Shown here in pieces: positions 10,166 to 19,905 of a DNA stretch of 64,000 nt; the stretch's first letter is position 1, and each line of letters opens with the position of its first letter. The notes beneath the pieces are model-generated. The model was not told where the DNA came from. It saw only the letters and a program-made list of their open reading frames with translations, and ran no database searches. The translations under genes were made by a program, and so were the position numbers. This stretch comes from Candidatus Omnitrophota bacterium. GTDB lineage: Bacteria > Hinthialibacterota > Hinthialibacteria > Hinthialibacterales > Hinthialibacteraceae. The stretch is taken from positions 57,334-121,333 of the forward strand of contig QZKN01000050.1 of assembly GCA_003598175.1 (NCBI GenBank), written 5' to 3'.

Positions 10166-12031
10166 ATGCTGAAAATAAGCGGCTTCGGCGACGAGATCGC
10201 CAAAGAATTTGAGACGCAACTACTAGAAATGCGGAAAATGAATTTGAATTATATCGCGCTGAGGAATTTATGGGGAACCAACATCCTCGACCTGAATCCC
10301 AAACAAAAAACACGCGCCAAAAACCTCTTGCGCGAATTTGGCATGGGCGTGTCCGAGATCGGCTCGCCGTTGGGAAAAATTCAAATCAACGATTCCTGGG
10401 AAAAGGAATGGGAGCGGTACGAACGGGCGATCGCAATGGCGCATTTTTTCCAATGCCCGCGCATCCGTATTTTTTCGTTTTATTTTCCGGAAGGCGATGC
10501 GCCGGAAAAACACCGCGCGTCCGTGATCACAAAATTGAAGGAAATGACGGATCGCGCGGAGAAGGAAGGGATCGTGCTGTTGCTCGAGAATGAAGGCCGA
10601 ATTTATGGAGAAGATGGCATTCACTGCCGTGATTTGGCGGAATCGATCAACTCGCCCAATTTTAAATTGATCTTCGATCCGGGTAATTTTGTCGTGTGCG
10701 GTACCAAGGCGTTTACGCAATGGTATGAGTTGATGGTGGATCACGTTGTGCATCTGCATATCAAGGATTGCACCTTCGACGGCACATTCACGCCGGCGGG
10801 GCAGGGTGAAGCCGAGATTCCCGAATTGATCGCCGCATTGAAGGAAAGGGGATTCTCTGGCTTCGCGACGATGGAGCCGCATTTGATGGAAGGCGGGCAA
10901 TTCGGCGGATTTTCCGGTCCGAAGCGGTTTGGGGAAGCGGTGGATGCGTTTCGGGACGTATGCGACCAAGCCGGAATGCCGCACCGGCAGGTTCGTGTGG
11001 GCGTGATCGGGATGGGATTCATCGGGATGTTCCATTGCCAGTGCATTCAGGAAGTGCCGCAAGCCCATCTTGTGGCCGTCGCCGATGTGCAAAAGGCGCC
11101 GAATTTGCAGAAAGCACAAGACCTTTTTAATATAGCGGCGTATGACAAACCGGATGATTTATTAAAACGAAAAGACATCGATGCAATCTCAATCGGTACG
11201 CCCAGCGGTCTGCATGGTGATCTGACCTTGAAAGCGGCGAAGCAGAAAAAACATGTGCTGACGGAAAAACCGATCGAAATCACGTTGGAAAAAGCGGATT
11301 GCATGATCAAAACCTGCCGCGAAAACAAGGTGAAACTCGGCGTGATATCACAGCGGCGAACCGATCCGGGCATGATCGAATTGATGGAGATTCTCAACGC
11401 CGGAAAGTTGGGAAAATTGATTCTCGGCGAAACGTACGTGAAATGGTATCGCAATCAGCAGTATTACGACAGCGGCGGATGGCGCGGCACCTGGAAGCTG
11501 GACGGCGGCGGATGCCTGATGAACCAGGGAATTCATTCCATCGACATGTTGCAGTGGGTGATGGGTGAAGTGGAAAGTGTGATGGCGCAAATGGACACGA
11601 TGGCGCACGAACGGATCGAAGTGGAAGATGTGGCGCAGGCGTTGCTGCGATTCAAAAACGGCGCGCTGGGAACGATCATTGGATCGACGGCGGTGTATCC
11701 GGGCATGAACGAGCGGCTGGAAATCAGTGGTACGAACGGAACCGTCGTAGTGGAAAAGAATCGTATTACTATGCGTGAGATTATGGGAGAGCAAAAAGCC
11801 GACAGCGAAACCATCGCCGATCGCGGAACCGGCGCCGCCGATGCGCAGGCGATTACCAATGAAGGCCATGTGATGCAGATCACCGATTTCATGCAGGCAA
11901 TTCTCGAGAATCGGGAACCGATGATCAACGGCGAGGAAGGGCGCAAGCCGCTGGAAATCATTCTGGCTGTTTACGAAGCGGCGAAAACCGGGAAACGCGT
12001 AAAACTGCCGCTGAAGACGAAGAAGAAATAA
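10166..12031 (+). CDS. fusion protein: xylose-isomerase-like TIM-barrel (sugar phosphate isomerase/epimerase) domain + Gfo/Idh/MocA oxidoreductase domain
   Basis: N-terminal ~290 aa are TIM-barrel-like (LKISGFGDEIAKEF...IVLLLENEG...FDPGNFVV). C-terminal ~340 aa are Gfo/Idh/MocA (VRVGVIGMGFIGMFHCQ...EKPIEITLEKAD). Single uninterrupted frame. GAGAGGA RBS before ATG 10166. Confidence 0.75.
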   Translation: MLKISGFGDEIAKEFETQLLEMRKMNLNYIALRNLWGTNILDLNPKQKTRAKNLLREFGMGVSEIGSPLGKIQINDSWEKEWERYERAIAMAHFFQCPRIRIFSFYFPEGDAPEKHRASVITKLKEMTDRAEKEGIVLLLENEGRIYGEDGIHCRDLAESINSPNFKLIFDPGNFVVCGTKAFTQWYELMVDHVVHLHIKDCTFDGTFTPAGQGEAEIPELIAALKERGFSGFATMEPHLMEGGQFGGFSGPKRFGEAVDAFRDVCDQAGMPHRQVRVGVIGMGFIGMFHCQCIQEVPQAHLVAVADVQKAPNLQKAQDLFNIAAYDKPDDLLKRKDIDAISIGTPSGLHGDLTLKAAKQKKHVLTEKPIEITLEKADCMIKTCRENKVKLGVISQRRTDPGMIELMEILNAGKLGKLILGETYVKWYRNQQYYDSGGWRGTWKLDGGGCLMNQGIHSIDMLQWVMGEVESVMAQMDTMAHERIEVEDVAQALLRFKNGALGTIIGSTAVYPGMNERLEISGTNGTVVVEKNRITMREIMGEQKADSETIADRGTGAADAQAITNEGHVMQITDFMQAILENREPMINGEEGRKPLEIILAVYEAAKTGKRVKLPLKTKKK

Positions 12032-12062
12032 CGGATCGGTTTATTGATCGAAGGGCGTTTTT

Positions 12063-13004
12063 TTATGGAATTCTTTTGAGAATCCGCCGTCGTACAAATC
12101 CACGAATCCAATAATACGGCGCTTTGGGGAATTGAGTCAGGTAGGCGCTTGCCAATGGAATGAGCTGTTGGCGAAAATTACATTCCTTGTACCATCGAAT
12201 TTCCGCAGGCAGGAACGTTCCGACAAAATAACGAATCCCGAAATTCTTCAGCAGGAATCGGATGCGCCCGCGATGATATTTGTAAAAATAGATGTGGCTG
12301 TTTTTTTTCGTACCAAATGTTTCAAAATGCAAAACCACCGAGTCGGGTTGATAGTACACGCCGAAACCGGCTTTGCGGGCGCGATAGCATAAGTCCAAAT
12401 CGTCGTAATACAGTGGAAAGCCTTCGTCCAATCCTCCCGTTCGTTCCAGCACTTCCCGGCGAATCGCCATCGATGCCCCGGTGATGTATTCCACCTCGTG
12501 AGGAACGTTGTATTTTGCGGAATCCGGTTTTCCGTATCCCTCGTGATAGGTCAGACAGTTGGGGCGCATCCAACCGCCGGCGAATTGAATATGTTTTCCG
12601 TCAAGAAAAAAGAGTTTGGAGCCGACGACGCCGATTTTCGCATCACTCATCATGGGTTCGATCAATGCATTCAGCCAGTCTTTACGGACGACGGTGTCGA
12701 TGTTCAGCAGAACAATGATGTCGCCCTTTGCCTGGCGGATACCTTGATTGCAGCCTTTGGGAAAACCATAATTCTTAGGATTTTCAATGATGGTGATTTG
12801 ATCGGCAAAAGAACGCGCCAGTTCAAGAGAATCGTCGCGCGAGGCGTTGTCGACGAGAATGATCTCCTTCGGCTCATAGGAATCCGCCAAAACGGATTGA
12901 AGGCAGCGCTGGATGAATTTATTGCCATTGAAATTCAGGATGATGACGGAAACGAAAGGAGAGGATTTCTCCGCATGTTCTTCGGATACTAACAATATAC
13001 TCAT
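12063..13004 (-). CDS. glycosyltransferase family 2
   Basis: VSVIILNFNGNKFIQRCLQSVLADSYEPKEIILVDNASRDDS is the GT2 DxD-containing N-terminal pattern. Confidence 0.85.
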   Translation of the reverse strand: MSILLVSEEHAEKSSPFVSVIILNFNGNKFIQRCLQSVLADSYEPKEIILVDNASRDDSLELARSFADQITIIENPKNYGFPKGCNQGIRQAKGDIIVLLNIDTVVRKDWLNALIEPMMSDAKIGVVGSKLFFLDGKHIQFAGGWMRPNCLTYHEGYGKPDSAKYNVPHEVEYITGASMAIRREVLERTGGLDEGFPLYYDDLDLCYRARKAGFGVYYQPDSVVLHFETFGTKKNSHIYFYKYHRGRIRFLLKNFGIRYFVGTFLPAEIRWYKECNFRQQLIPLASAYLTQFPKAPYYWIRGFVRRRILKRIP

Positions 13005-13541
13005 GGACGTCTTTCAATAACGATGCTTCAACATTTATATAAACGGTCGTGACCGATTTATCATAATGGAGGATGAATATGTGACGCCGCCGTCCTGGCG
13101 GCATTCGGAATTGCCGGTAGGATGCCGGCGTTACAGAAAACACGGTTACCGGCGATACACCCGGCGTATCCGGCGCGATCCACCATGAAACGATCTTTTC
13201 ACTTGATTTGGATGTAACGTTAGATTGACGGATAGAATTTCATTGCTCCTGATGGATTCGAATTCGACTTGATCGTACTAAATCATTGAAAGGCATGAGA
13301 ATCAAGAGTTTGGAAGTAAATTTCAAAAAAACTCCGGGCATGATTTTCTCTTTCCCCGGATTGAATCAATTTACTGTTTTTTTTCTTCTGTTTTCATTTT
13401 TTGTATGCAATCGAATGATCGAATGGATAAAGCGGCCCCCTCGCGTTTGTCATCCGCCAATACATCCGGCCAGAGAAATACCTGGGGAGGGTTGTCTCTG
13501 ATTATCGCCGGGTCCGTACCTGATTTCGGTACTTCCTATCG

Positions 13542-13805
13542 TTACAACTCCATTTCCAATATTTCTTGTTTCATTTTTTCCAATGGGATTCTTTTGCCTG
13601 CCATAAATTCCTTTCGAGATTGTTGGATAATGTTCATGAATTCATGATTAGTGCTCAATGACAGGGATTCTTCATCCATTTCTTTTAAAGAGATAATCGC
13701 AGCAATGGGTTTATGGTGAGATGTCAGAATAATCATATCCTGATCAATCTCATCGGCGACTTCTGACAAGGATTGCTTGGCCGTGGAAAGTTCAATGGTT
13801 TTCAT
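13542..13805 (-). CDS. Phd/YefM family type II antitoxin
   Basis: MKTIELSTAKQSLSEVADEIDQD-MIILTSHHKPIAAIISLKEMDE fits the Phd/YefM fold. 4-nt overlap with the upstream RelE-like ORF. Confidence 0.7.
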   Translation of the reverse strand: MKTIELSTAKQSLSEVADEIDQDMIILTSHHKPIAAIISLKEMDEESLSLSTNHEFMNIIQQSRKEFMAGKRIPLEKMKQEILEMEL

Positions 13806-14101
13806 ATGGTTATCTCTTTTCCTGCAATGAATAATTTATTGCCTTCTTTCATACCGACCGCCAATATTCTCACTACATTCGGCTCTTCAATGGGAACATC
13901 GTAAAAGACACGTAGATTCTGAATTCGTAATTCCCAGGGCGCAATCGGATTGGGACGAAGGGGTTTCCTGTTTCGGGTTTCAACAAGCGGTTCATGCAAC
14001 AGTTATTTTTCGATTGATTCGAGAATTACGACTCGTTGAAAGACAGACAATTTCTTCAATTGCATTTTCACGGATTCAGCAAATTCAATGTTGTATGCCA
14101 T
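13802..14101 (-). pseudogene. RelE/ParE family toxin interrupted by an in-frame TAA
   Basis: ATG at 14101..14099 encodes MAYNIEFAESVKMQLKKLSVFQRVVILESIEK. TAA at 14005..14003 interrupts it. The same frame continues LLHEPLVETRNRKPLRPNPIAPWELRIQNLRVFYDVPIEEPNVVRILAVGMKEGNKLF. Together about 99 aa with canonical RelE/ParE N- and C-terminal motifs. Confidence 0.65.
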
Positions 14102-14414
14102 GATAGAATTAGATGATTCATCCTGAATATTTTATTTTCATTCGAGTAATCATCAATTCTTTCTTCCCAATAGAATTCTTCGTTCCATTTCACAAATTTG
14201 AATAATTCATCATATTATGAAAATTCACTTTTTAACATGGTAATCATTATAATCCATCACAAAACAATCGTCGATTGTGGCAAGGTCATAAGAATCAATT
14301 GTTCCTAATTTTCTTCGATTCGCTATGGACAAGTAACCCCAAAAGGCGATAATACGTTGATCATTCATTCCAACTGATCCTAATTGAACTCATACGATCC
14401 GAGGTAATCGAGAT

Positions 14415-15908
14415 ATGTTCACACAAACCTGGCGACAGTATTGGGGACTAGAGGAAGATCCATTTGCCTGTGAAGACGCAGATAAGGATTTGATTCTTTC
14501 CTCGATCGATTCCTCATCGGTGCATTGGGGATTCGATCGCATTTTCGGGAATCCACGAGTGCCCGCACCGGGAATTATATTCGGGGAAAAAGGGAGCGGT
14601 AAAAGCGCCCTACGGCTGATGATGAGCCGGCGCGTCGAGGAATTCAACGCCGCCAATCCCGAAGAGAAGGTGTTTTTGATCGAGTACATCGATTTCAATC
14701 CGTTTACCGAGCGGTTTCGCAAAAGCATCGGCGCGCGGCGGGATACGCTGCAAGCGGCGCAGGATATTGTCGAACGTTGGAAAATATCCGATCATTTGGA
14801 TTGTATGCTTTCTCTCGGCGTGACGAAACTGGTGGACGAGATCATCGCGTCGGGAAAAAAGCAGAATCATCTGTCTCGCAAGCAATGCATCTATCTGCTC
14901 ATCATGACGTCGCTGTATTACAATTCCGATCAGCGCACCACCGCCGAAGCGATTCGGAAATTGTCACGGTTGTTGAAATATCGAGGTCACCAAACCAAAT
15001 TTCGGATTTTAATAAATATTCTGTTGTCCGTTATCTTTATCGGCGTTGGCCTCTTGCCGATTGTAACGGAACTGACGACGACGTTTCCGGCGTTATATTT
15101 GTATGTCGCGGGTCTTGCCAGTCTGGCGCTGACGTGGGCGTCCGCATTCGTGTTTCGTTCGGCCTGGCGCGCCAAAGCGGCGCGAGCGGTTCGCGGCGTG
15201 AAGGTTTTGCCCGGCAATGCGGCGCTTCTGCATAAACTACTGGCCGGTTTGTATCCGAAAGAACGCAAGGAATTTCTGCTGCCGACCGGTTCGGACGAAG
15301 CCAGCCGTTACAACCTGATGCATCGGTTCATCGATCTGCTCGCCGTTTTTCATTATAAGGGAATCAACGTGTTGGTGGATCGCATCGACGAACCGTCGCT
15401 GCTGAGCGCCAATGAAGGATTGATGAAGCGGTTTATCGCATCGATGATGGATATTAAACTGCTGCAATATCCGCAACTGGGGCTCAAACTGTTTCTGCCC
15501 ATTGAATTGGAGGAAATTTACCGCAACGCTTCGCCGGACGATCTCAAACGGATTCGTCTGGACAAATCGAATTTGATCCCGGAATTGAAGTGGAGCGGGC
15601 AGGAACTGTATGAAATCGCCAACCAGCGTTTTCAAGCCTGTCAAAGTGATGAGAGCGACAAACACAAACTTTTCGACCTGTTTGCCGAGGGATTCGATTT
15701 CAATCATCTCAAAGAGACCTTGAACACGCTGGGCACGCCGCGGTATGCGTTTGGTTTTCTATCCGCGCTGTTCGCGGAATACGTGAAAGAACTGCCCAAC
15801 GATTTGTCGGAAAATGATGCGGGTTGGAAAGTCACGCGCGCGCATTTCGACGTGGTGCGAGCCGCCTGGATCGATCGGACGGGATTGCTGCGGCGCGTCT
15901 TGAATTGA
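14415..15908 (+). CDS. P-loop NTPase with internal transmembrane helices (KAP-family-like)
   Basis: Walker A GEKGSGKSAL and Walker B-like NVLVDRIDE. Two strongly hydrophobic segments (ILINILLSVIFIGVGLLPIV; LYLYVAGLASLALTWASAFVF) are inserted between them, the architecture that defines KAP NTPases. GAGGT RBS. Confidence 0.5.
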   Translation: MFTQTWRQYWGLEEDPFACEDADKDLILSSIDSSSVHWGFDRIFGNPRVPAPGIIFGEKGSGKSALRLMMSRRVEEFNAANPEEKVFLIEYIDFNPFTERFRKSIGARRDTLQAAQDIVERWKISDHLDCMLSLGVTKLVDEIIASGKKQNHLSRKQCIYLLIMTSLYYNSDQRTTAEAIRKLSRLLKYRGHQTKFRILINILLSVIFIGVGLLPIVTELTTTFPALYLYVAGLASLALTWASAFVFRSAWRAKAARAVRGVKVLPGNAALLHKLLAGLYPKERKEFLLPTGSDEASRYNLMHRFIDLLAVFHYKGINVLVDRIDEPSLLSANEGLMKRFIASMMDIKLLQYPQLGLKLFLPIELEEIYRNASPDDLKRIRLDKSNLIPELKWSGQELYEIANQRFQACQSDESDKHKLFDLFAEGFDFNHLKETLNTLGTPRYAFGFLSALFAEYVKELPNDLSENDAGWKVTRAHFDVVRAAWIDRTGLLRRVLN

Positions 15909-15996
15909 TATTTTCGATAATCCTTCGTTGCTCTCCTGATCAACTGCCGGAAATTCATCTATAATTCACAATAAGAACACCCAACAGGATTTTCTC

Positions 15997-16884
15997 ATGA
16001 ACCATTCGTTTTTTCAATTACTGGAAACCAGACCGCTTCTCGTCGGCGACGGAGGGATGGGAACGATGCTGCTGCAGGCGGGATTGGAGCAAGGCAGCTG
16101 CGGCGAGTTGTGGAACGTGGAACGACTCGAGACCATAGCCGAGATCCAACGCTGTTACGTCGACGCGGGGAGCGATTTTATCCTGACCAACACGTTCGGC
16201 GGTTCTCCGCCGACGTTGGCCAAACACGGACTGGCCGGACGGACGGAAGAACTGAACGAGGCCGGCGTCAAGGCGGCTCGCGCCGCCGCGGATGGGCGGT
16301 GTCTGGTGTTGGGCGATATCGGACCGAGCGGCGAGATTCTCGAGCCGTATGGCGACAAAACCTTCGACGATTTGCGGGAAGATTTCAAACGGCAGGCGGC
16401 CGGTCTCGCGTCCGGTGGAGTCGATGCGTTTATCATTGAAACGATGATGGATATCAACGAAGTGCGATGCGCATTCACCGCTGTGCGGGACGTAAGTGAT
16501 TTGCCCATTATCATTTCGATGTGTTTCAAAGCGGCGGGAGATCGTTATCGAACCATGTTCGGAACCTCCGCCACGGATGCGGCGCGAGAAATGGAATCAC
16601 TCGGCGCCGCGGCGGCCGGCTCGAATTGCATGGTGGAGATCGAGGAGTTCATCCCCATCGTGCGGCAAATGCGGGAAGGCACTAGCCTGCCGATCATGGC
16701 GCAACCCAACGCCGGACAGCCGCGTTTGGAAGGGGATAAGGCAGTGTATGCGACGACGGCGGAAGCGATGATGCCCCATGTCCCCGCTTTGGTGGAAGCC
16801 GGCGCGCGTCTTTTGGGTGGATGTTGCGGCACGACGCCGGATTACATTCGCTTGCTGCGGCAATGGGTGGACAAAAGTAAATAA
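15997..16884 (+). CDS. homocysteine S-methyltransferase domain protein (Hcy-binding, MmuM/MetH N-terminal-like)
   Basis: DGGMGTML...ILTNTFGGS and C-terminal GGCCGTTPDYIRLL are the zinc/Hcy-binding signature of PF02574. Confidence 0.8.
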   Translation: MNHSFFQLLETRPLLVGDGGMGTMLLQAGLEQGSCGELWNVERLETIAEIQRCYVDAGSDFILTNTFGGSPPTLAKHGLAGRTEELNEAGVKAARAAADGRCLVLGDIGPSGEILEPYGDKTFDDLREDFKRQAAGLASGGVDAFIIETMMDINEVRCAFTAVRDVSDLPIIISMCFKAAGDRYRTMFGTSATDAAREMESLGAAAAGSNCMVEIEEFIPIVRQMREGTSLPIMAQPNAGQPRLEGDKAVYATTAEAMMPHVPALVEAGARLLGGCCGTTPDYIRLLRQWVDKSK

Positions 16885-16902
16885 TAGGATTGTGAGTATC
16901 TG

Positions 16903-17844
16903 ATGACAACCAATTCGAGTTCTCCGAAACAATCCAATTTCTGGTCGCGGCGAAAAAAAAAGCGTCTCGATGCAATGGAAAACACAATCCCGTCGCGGAC
17001 CGGCAAATTTCGAGTGCGCCGATTTAAACCGCGTCGCAAAGAAATTAAATTGGTTCATTTATTGCCCAATTTATTAACCTGTTTCAATGTGGCCTGCGGC
17101 GTGAGCTCAATCATTTACGGAATTGAAGGAAAATACGAAATCGCCGCCATGTTGATTTTGCTGGCGGCCTTTTTTGATCTGATCGATGGGAAAGTGGCGC
17201 GGCTATTCGGGTCCTCTTCGTCGTATGGCTTGCAACTGGATTCTCTGGCGGATGTGATTTCGTTCGGCGTGGCGCCGCCGGTGCTGATGCATACGATTTT
17301 ATATAAGGATTTGGATCGACTGGGCTTGTCCATGGTGTTGGTGTACACGCTATGTACGGCGTTGCGGTTGGCGCGGTACAATGTACAGGCGGCTCTGGTG
17401 CAAAAACGGGATCACTTCGTCGGATTGCCCTGCCCGGTTCCCGCCTGTTTCATCGCGGCGCTGGTGTTGGTTTGCCATGATTATTTCGGGCCGGTGGAAA
17501 CGATCCTGCCGCAGGCGGTTTTACGCACCGGCATTCACGTGGGTCTGGTCGTTCTCGCCTGTTTGATGGTGAGCACGATTCGCTATCCGGATTTATCGTC
17601 CTGGCAGGTCAAAAAAAGAAATATCTATCAACATACTGTTTTTATCGTTTTAATTCTGTGCGTCACGGTTTTGATCGTGAAGATCGTCATCTTGTCGTTC
17701 GCCATGGTTTTTATCGCCTCCGGACCGCTTGGCGCGATTCGTGAATTTTATAAGCGACCGTATACGGAGCCGGCGGATGAGGCCGGCGTCGATGCATCCG
17801 ACGAACCGGACGAGGAATCGGCGTTGGAAGTGAATCGAAAATAG
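16903..17844 (+). CDS. pssA: CDP-alcohol phosphatidyltransferase, phosphatidylserine synthase-like
   Basis: FFDLIDGKVARLFGSSSSYGLQLDSLADVISFGVAPP matches the CDP-OH P-transferase D-G-x2-A-R...G-x3-D-x3-D motif in its PssA-type form. Multiple TM helices. Basic N-terminal and acidic C-terminal extensions. Confidence 0.65.
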   Translation: MTTNSSSPKQSNFWSRRKKKRLDAMENTIPSRTGKFRVRRFKPRRKEIKLVHLLPNLLTCFNVACGVSSIIYGIEGKYEIAAMLILLAAFFDLIDGKVARLFGSSSSYGLQLDSLADVISFGVAPPVLMHTILYKDLDRLGLSMVLVYTLCTALRLARYNVQAALVQKRDHFVGLPCPVPACFIAALVLVCHDYFGPVETILPQAVLRTGIHVGLVVLACLMVSTIRYPDLSSWQVKKRNIYQHTVFIVLILCVTVLIVKIVILSFAMVFIASGPLGAIREFYKRPYTEPADEAGVDASDEPDEESALEVNRK

Positions 17845-17895
17845 ATGGACGGCAAAATGAAAAGACGGTTGTAACCGATGGAAAGGGGATATGAC

Positions 17896-18183
17896 ATGAC
17901 GGAATATGGAGTTTGTACGAAATGCGGGTTGACCGTGTTTGCGGGACAAAACGATTGTCCATCCTGCGGCGCGGAAACCATGCCCGAACCCGATGCTTCG
18001 TTGATTGAGGAATGGCACGAGAAACGCGAAGGCGTTTGTATCGGCTGCGGCAAAACGGGACGGGTTCGGCGGCTGGTCAAAGCCAAAGACTATAATGGAA
18101 AAACTAAAATTCCCGAATTCAGATGCTACGAATGCAGTTTAAATAAATTGGATGAAATCCGCGCCCGAGGCGTCCCGGTGTAA
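17896..18183 (+). CDS. zinc-ribbon domain protein (two CxxC pairs x2)
   Basis: CTKCG...CPSCG and CIGCG...CYEC. AAAGGGGA RBS before ATG 17896. Confidence 0.5.
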   Translation: MTEYGVCTKCGLTVFAGQNDCPSCGAETMPEPDASLIEEWHEKREGVCIGCGKTGRVRRLVKAKDYNGKTKIPEFRCYECSLNKLDEIRARGVPV

Positions 18184-18208
18184 CTATCGTGTTGCGCGAT
18201 TCCCGCTT

Positions 18209-19003
18209 TTACAAGTTTTTCCCCTCGATAACCAATCCCCAACGTGAGGTAAAATAACGTCTTGCCTCAATCCGCACTGACAAATGGCATGTCAGTGCTA
18301 CGGCTCCGGCCAATAAATAAAGAACGATGATTTGATAACGAACCGCTTCCTGGGGGATGACGCCGGATAGCATTTGTCCTGTCATGATGCCGGGCAATTG
18401 CACCACTCCCATCAGCATCATGCTGTTGATCATGGGAATCAAGGCGTTCTGCATGGTTTGAGCGAGATAGGGTTCGAGCGCTTTTTGCGGCGTAGCGCCC
18501 AATGCCAGCGCCGTTTCGATTTCCCCGCGATGGCTTTCGATTTCCCCTCGTAATCGATGCAAGGCGAGCGAAGCGCCGTTCGCGCTGTTGCCGATCACCA
18601 TGCCCATCAATGGAATAAAGAGATGCGGATACTCCGCCAGGTCCACGCGGAAAATCGCGATAAAAAGAAATCCGCCCAAAAACAGGGCAGAGAAATGCAA
18701 GGCAAGCCATAGCGCCAGATAGGTCTTGAAGGTGGTTTGTTTTTGCCTCTGGGCGGCGGTTACGGCGGCGACGAGGATCATGATTTCCACGACGCCCAGC
18801 AACAAAAGGGGATTACGGGACTGAAACAACCAAAACAAGAGATAGCCGACAAGCCACAATTGAAAAAACGAACGTAGCGCGCCGATCACATATTGCCGTT
18901 CCAACCGCGCGTGATTCAACCAGGATAACAGGATGGCGAGAACCACCATCAGCGAGGACAGGAGAACCTGCTGGGCGGAAATAGTCAGATACGTTGTATT
19001 CAT
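18209..19003 (-). CDS. fetB: ABC transporter permease, FetB/YbbM (UPF0014) family
   Basis: About 260 aa multi-TM protein with the YbbM-like pattern. 4-nt overlap with the upstream ABC ATPase, as in fetAB. Confidence 0.55.
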   Translation of the reverse strand: MNTTYLTISAQQVLLSSLMVVLAILLSWLNHARLERQYVIGALRSFFQLWLVGYLLFWLFQSRNPLLLLGVVEIMILVAAVTAAQRQKQTTFKTYLALWLALHFSALFLGGFLFIAIFRVDLAEYPHLFIPLMGMVIGNSANGASLALHRLRGEIESHRGEIETALALGATPQKALEPYLAQTMQNALIPMINSMMLMGVVQLPGIMTGQMLSGVIPQEAVRYQIIVLYLLAGAVALTCHLSVRIEARRYFTSRWGLVIEGKNL

Positions 19004-19737
19004 GGGAGTTTCCCTTCCAGAAAATCTTTCGTTCGGGATGATGCCGTGCGAAGCAAGTTGTCTATCGATCCTTCTTCAACGATTTGTCCGTCCATTAAAA
19101 TCAGCGATCGGCCGCCCAAGCGGCGGGCCACGTCAACATTGTGCGTCACTATGAGTAGCGTCAGTTTGTGTTGTTCATTCAATTTTCGTATCAATTCGAC
19201 GATTTGATTGGCCGCGGTGGGATCCAGCGCGGCGGTGGGTTCGTCGAGCAGCAAAACGTGTGGGTTGTTGGCCAGTGTGCGCGCCAATGACACCCGCATT
19301 TTCTGGCCGACGGAAAGGTCGGATGCATTGCGGGATTCCAATTCAAGTGGCAGCCCTGCTTGTTCCATCATTTTGTGTACAAATGTGGTTTCGTTATCGA
19401 TCGGTTGTTTGTGGATTCTCGGACCATATAGAATATTGTCCCGTACCGTTCCTGCAAAAAGGTAAGGAATTTGAGATACCATGCCAATTTCCCGGCGTAA
19501 AGTGACAATTTCCCACGCAAGGATGTTTTTCTCACGAAAAAGGATGCAGCCTCGGTCGTGGGCGTCCAATCCGATCAGTACACGCAGGATGGTGGATTTT
19601 CCCGAACCGGATGGCCCCAGAATCGTCACGATTTCGCCGGATTCGATGGAAAACGTCAATTCGTTGAGAATCTCAATTTGCTTCTGCATCGTTTCTTTGC
19701 TGCAATGTACTTCGTTAAAAGCAATCAATGCGTTCAT
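19000..19737 (-). CDS. fetA: ABC transporter ATP-binding protein (FetA/YbbL-like)
   Basis: Walker A GPSGSGKST, signature LSVGQKMRVSLAR, Walker B LLLDEPTAALD. Start taken at MNALIAF; ORF-track start at 19773 is less likely. Confidence 0.8.
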   Translation of the reverse strand: MNALIAFNEVHCSKETMQKQIEILNELTFSIESGEIVTILGPSGSGKSTILRVLIGLDAHDRGCILFREKNILAWEIVTLRREIGMVSQIPYLFAGTVRDNILYGPRIHKQPIDNETTFVHKMMEQAGLPLELESRNASDLSVGQKMRVSLARTLANNPHVLLLDEPTAALDPTAANQIVELIRKLNEQHKLTLLIVTHNVDVARRLGGRSLILMDGQIVEEGSIDNLLRTASSRTKDFLEGKLP

Positions 19738-19905
19738 GGTTTGTTCCGTTTGGCAAAGGATTGGGCGTATCAAATCTTATCGGTTGCGCGATTGAAGGAG
19801 AAGTCGGCCTATTTTGTACTCTTCGTATTCGACGGCGACTCAATCATAATTGATGGTTACAGAACGCAGGTTGAGTCGAATCGACCGATAAAGGAATTTT
19901 TTCGT

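Noticed and set aside
10268-11119. 283-aa minus-strand ORF inside the TIM-barrel::oxidoreductase fusion gene
   Set aside because: Opposite-strand overlap of a strongly supported CDS.
16110-16439. Arg-rich 109-aa ORF
   Set aside because: Alternate frame within the homocysteine methyltransferase-domain gene.
19558-19905. N-terminal 116 codons of ORF 19558..21435
   Set aside because: Overlap the ABC ATPase gene on the opposite strand. First RBS-preceded ATG is at 19906.
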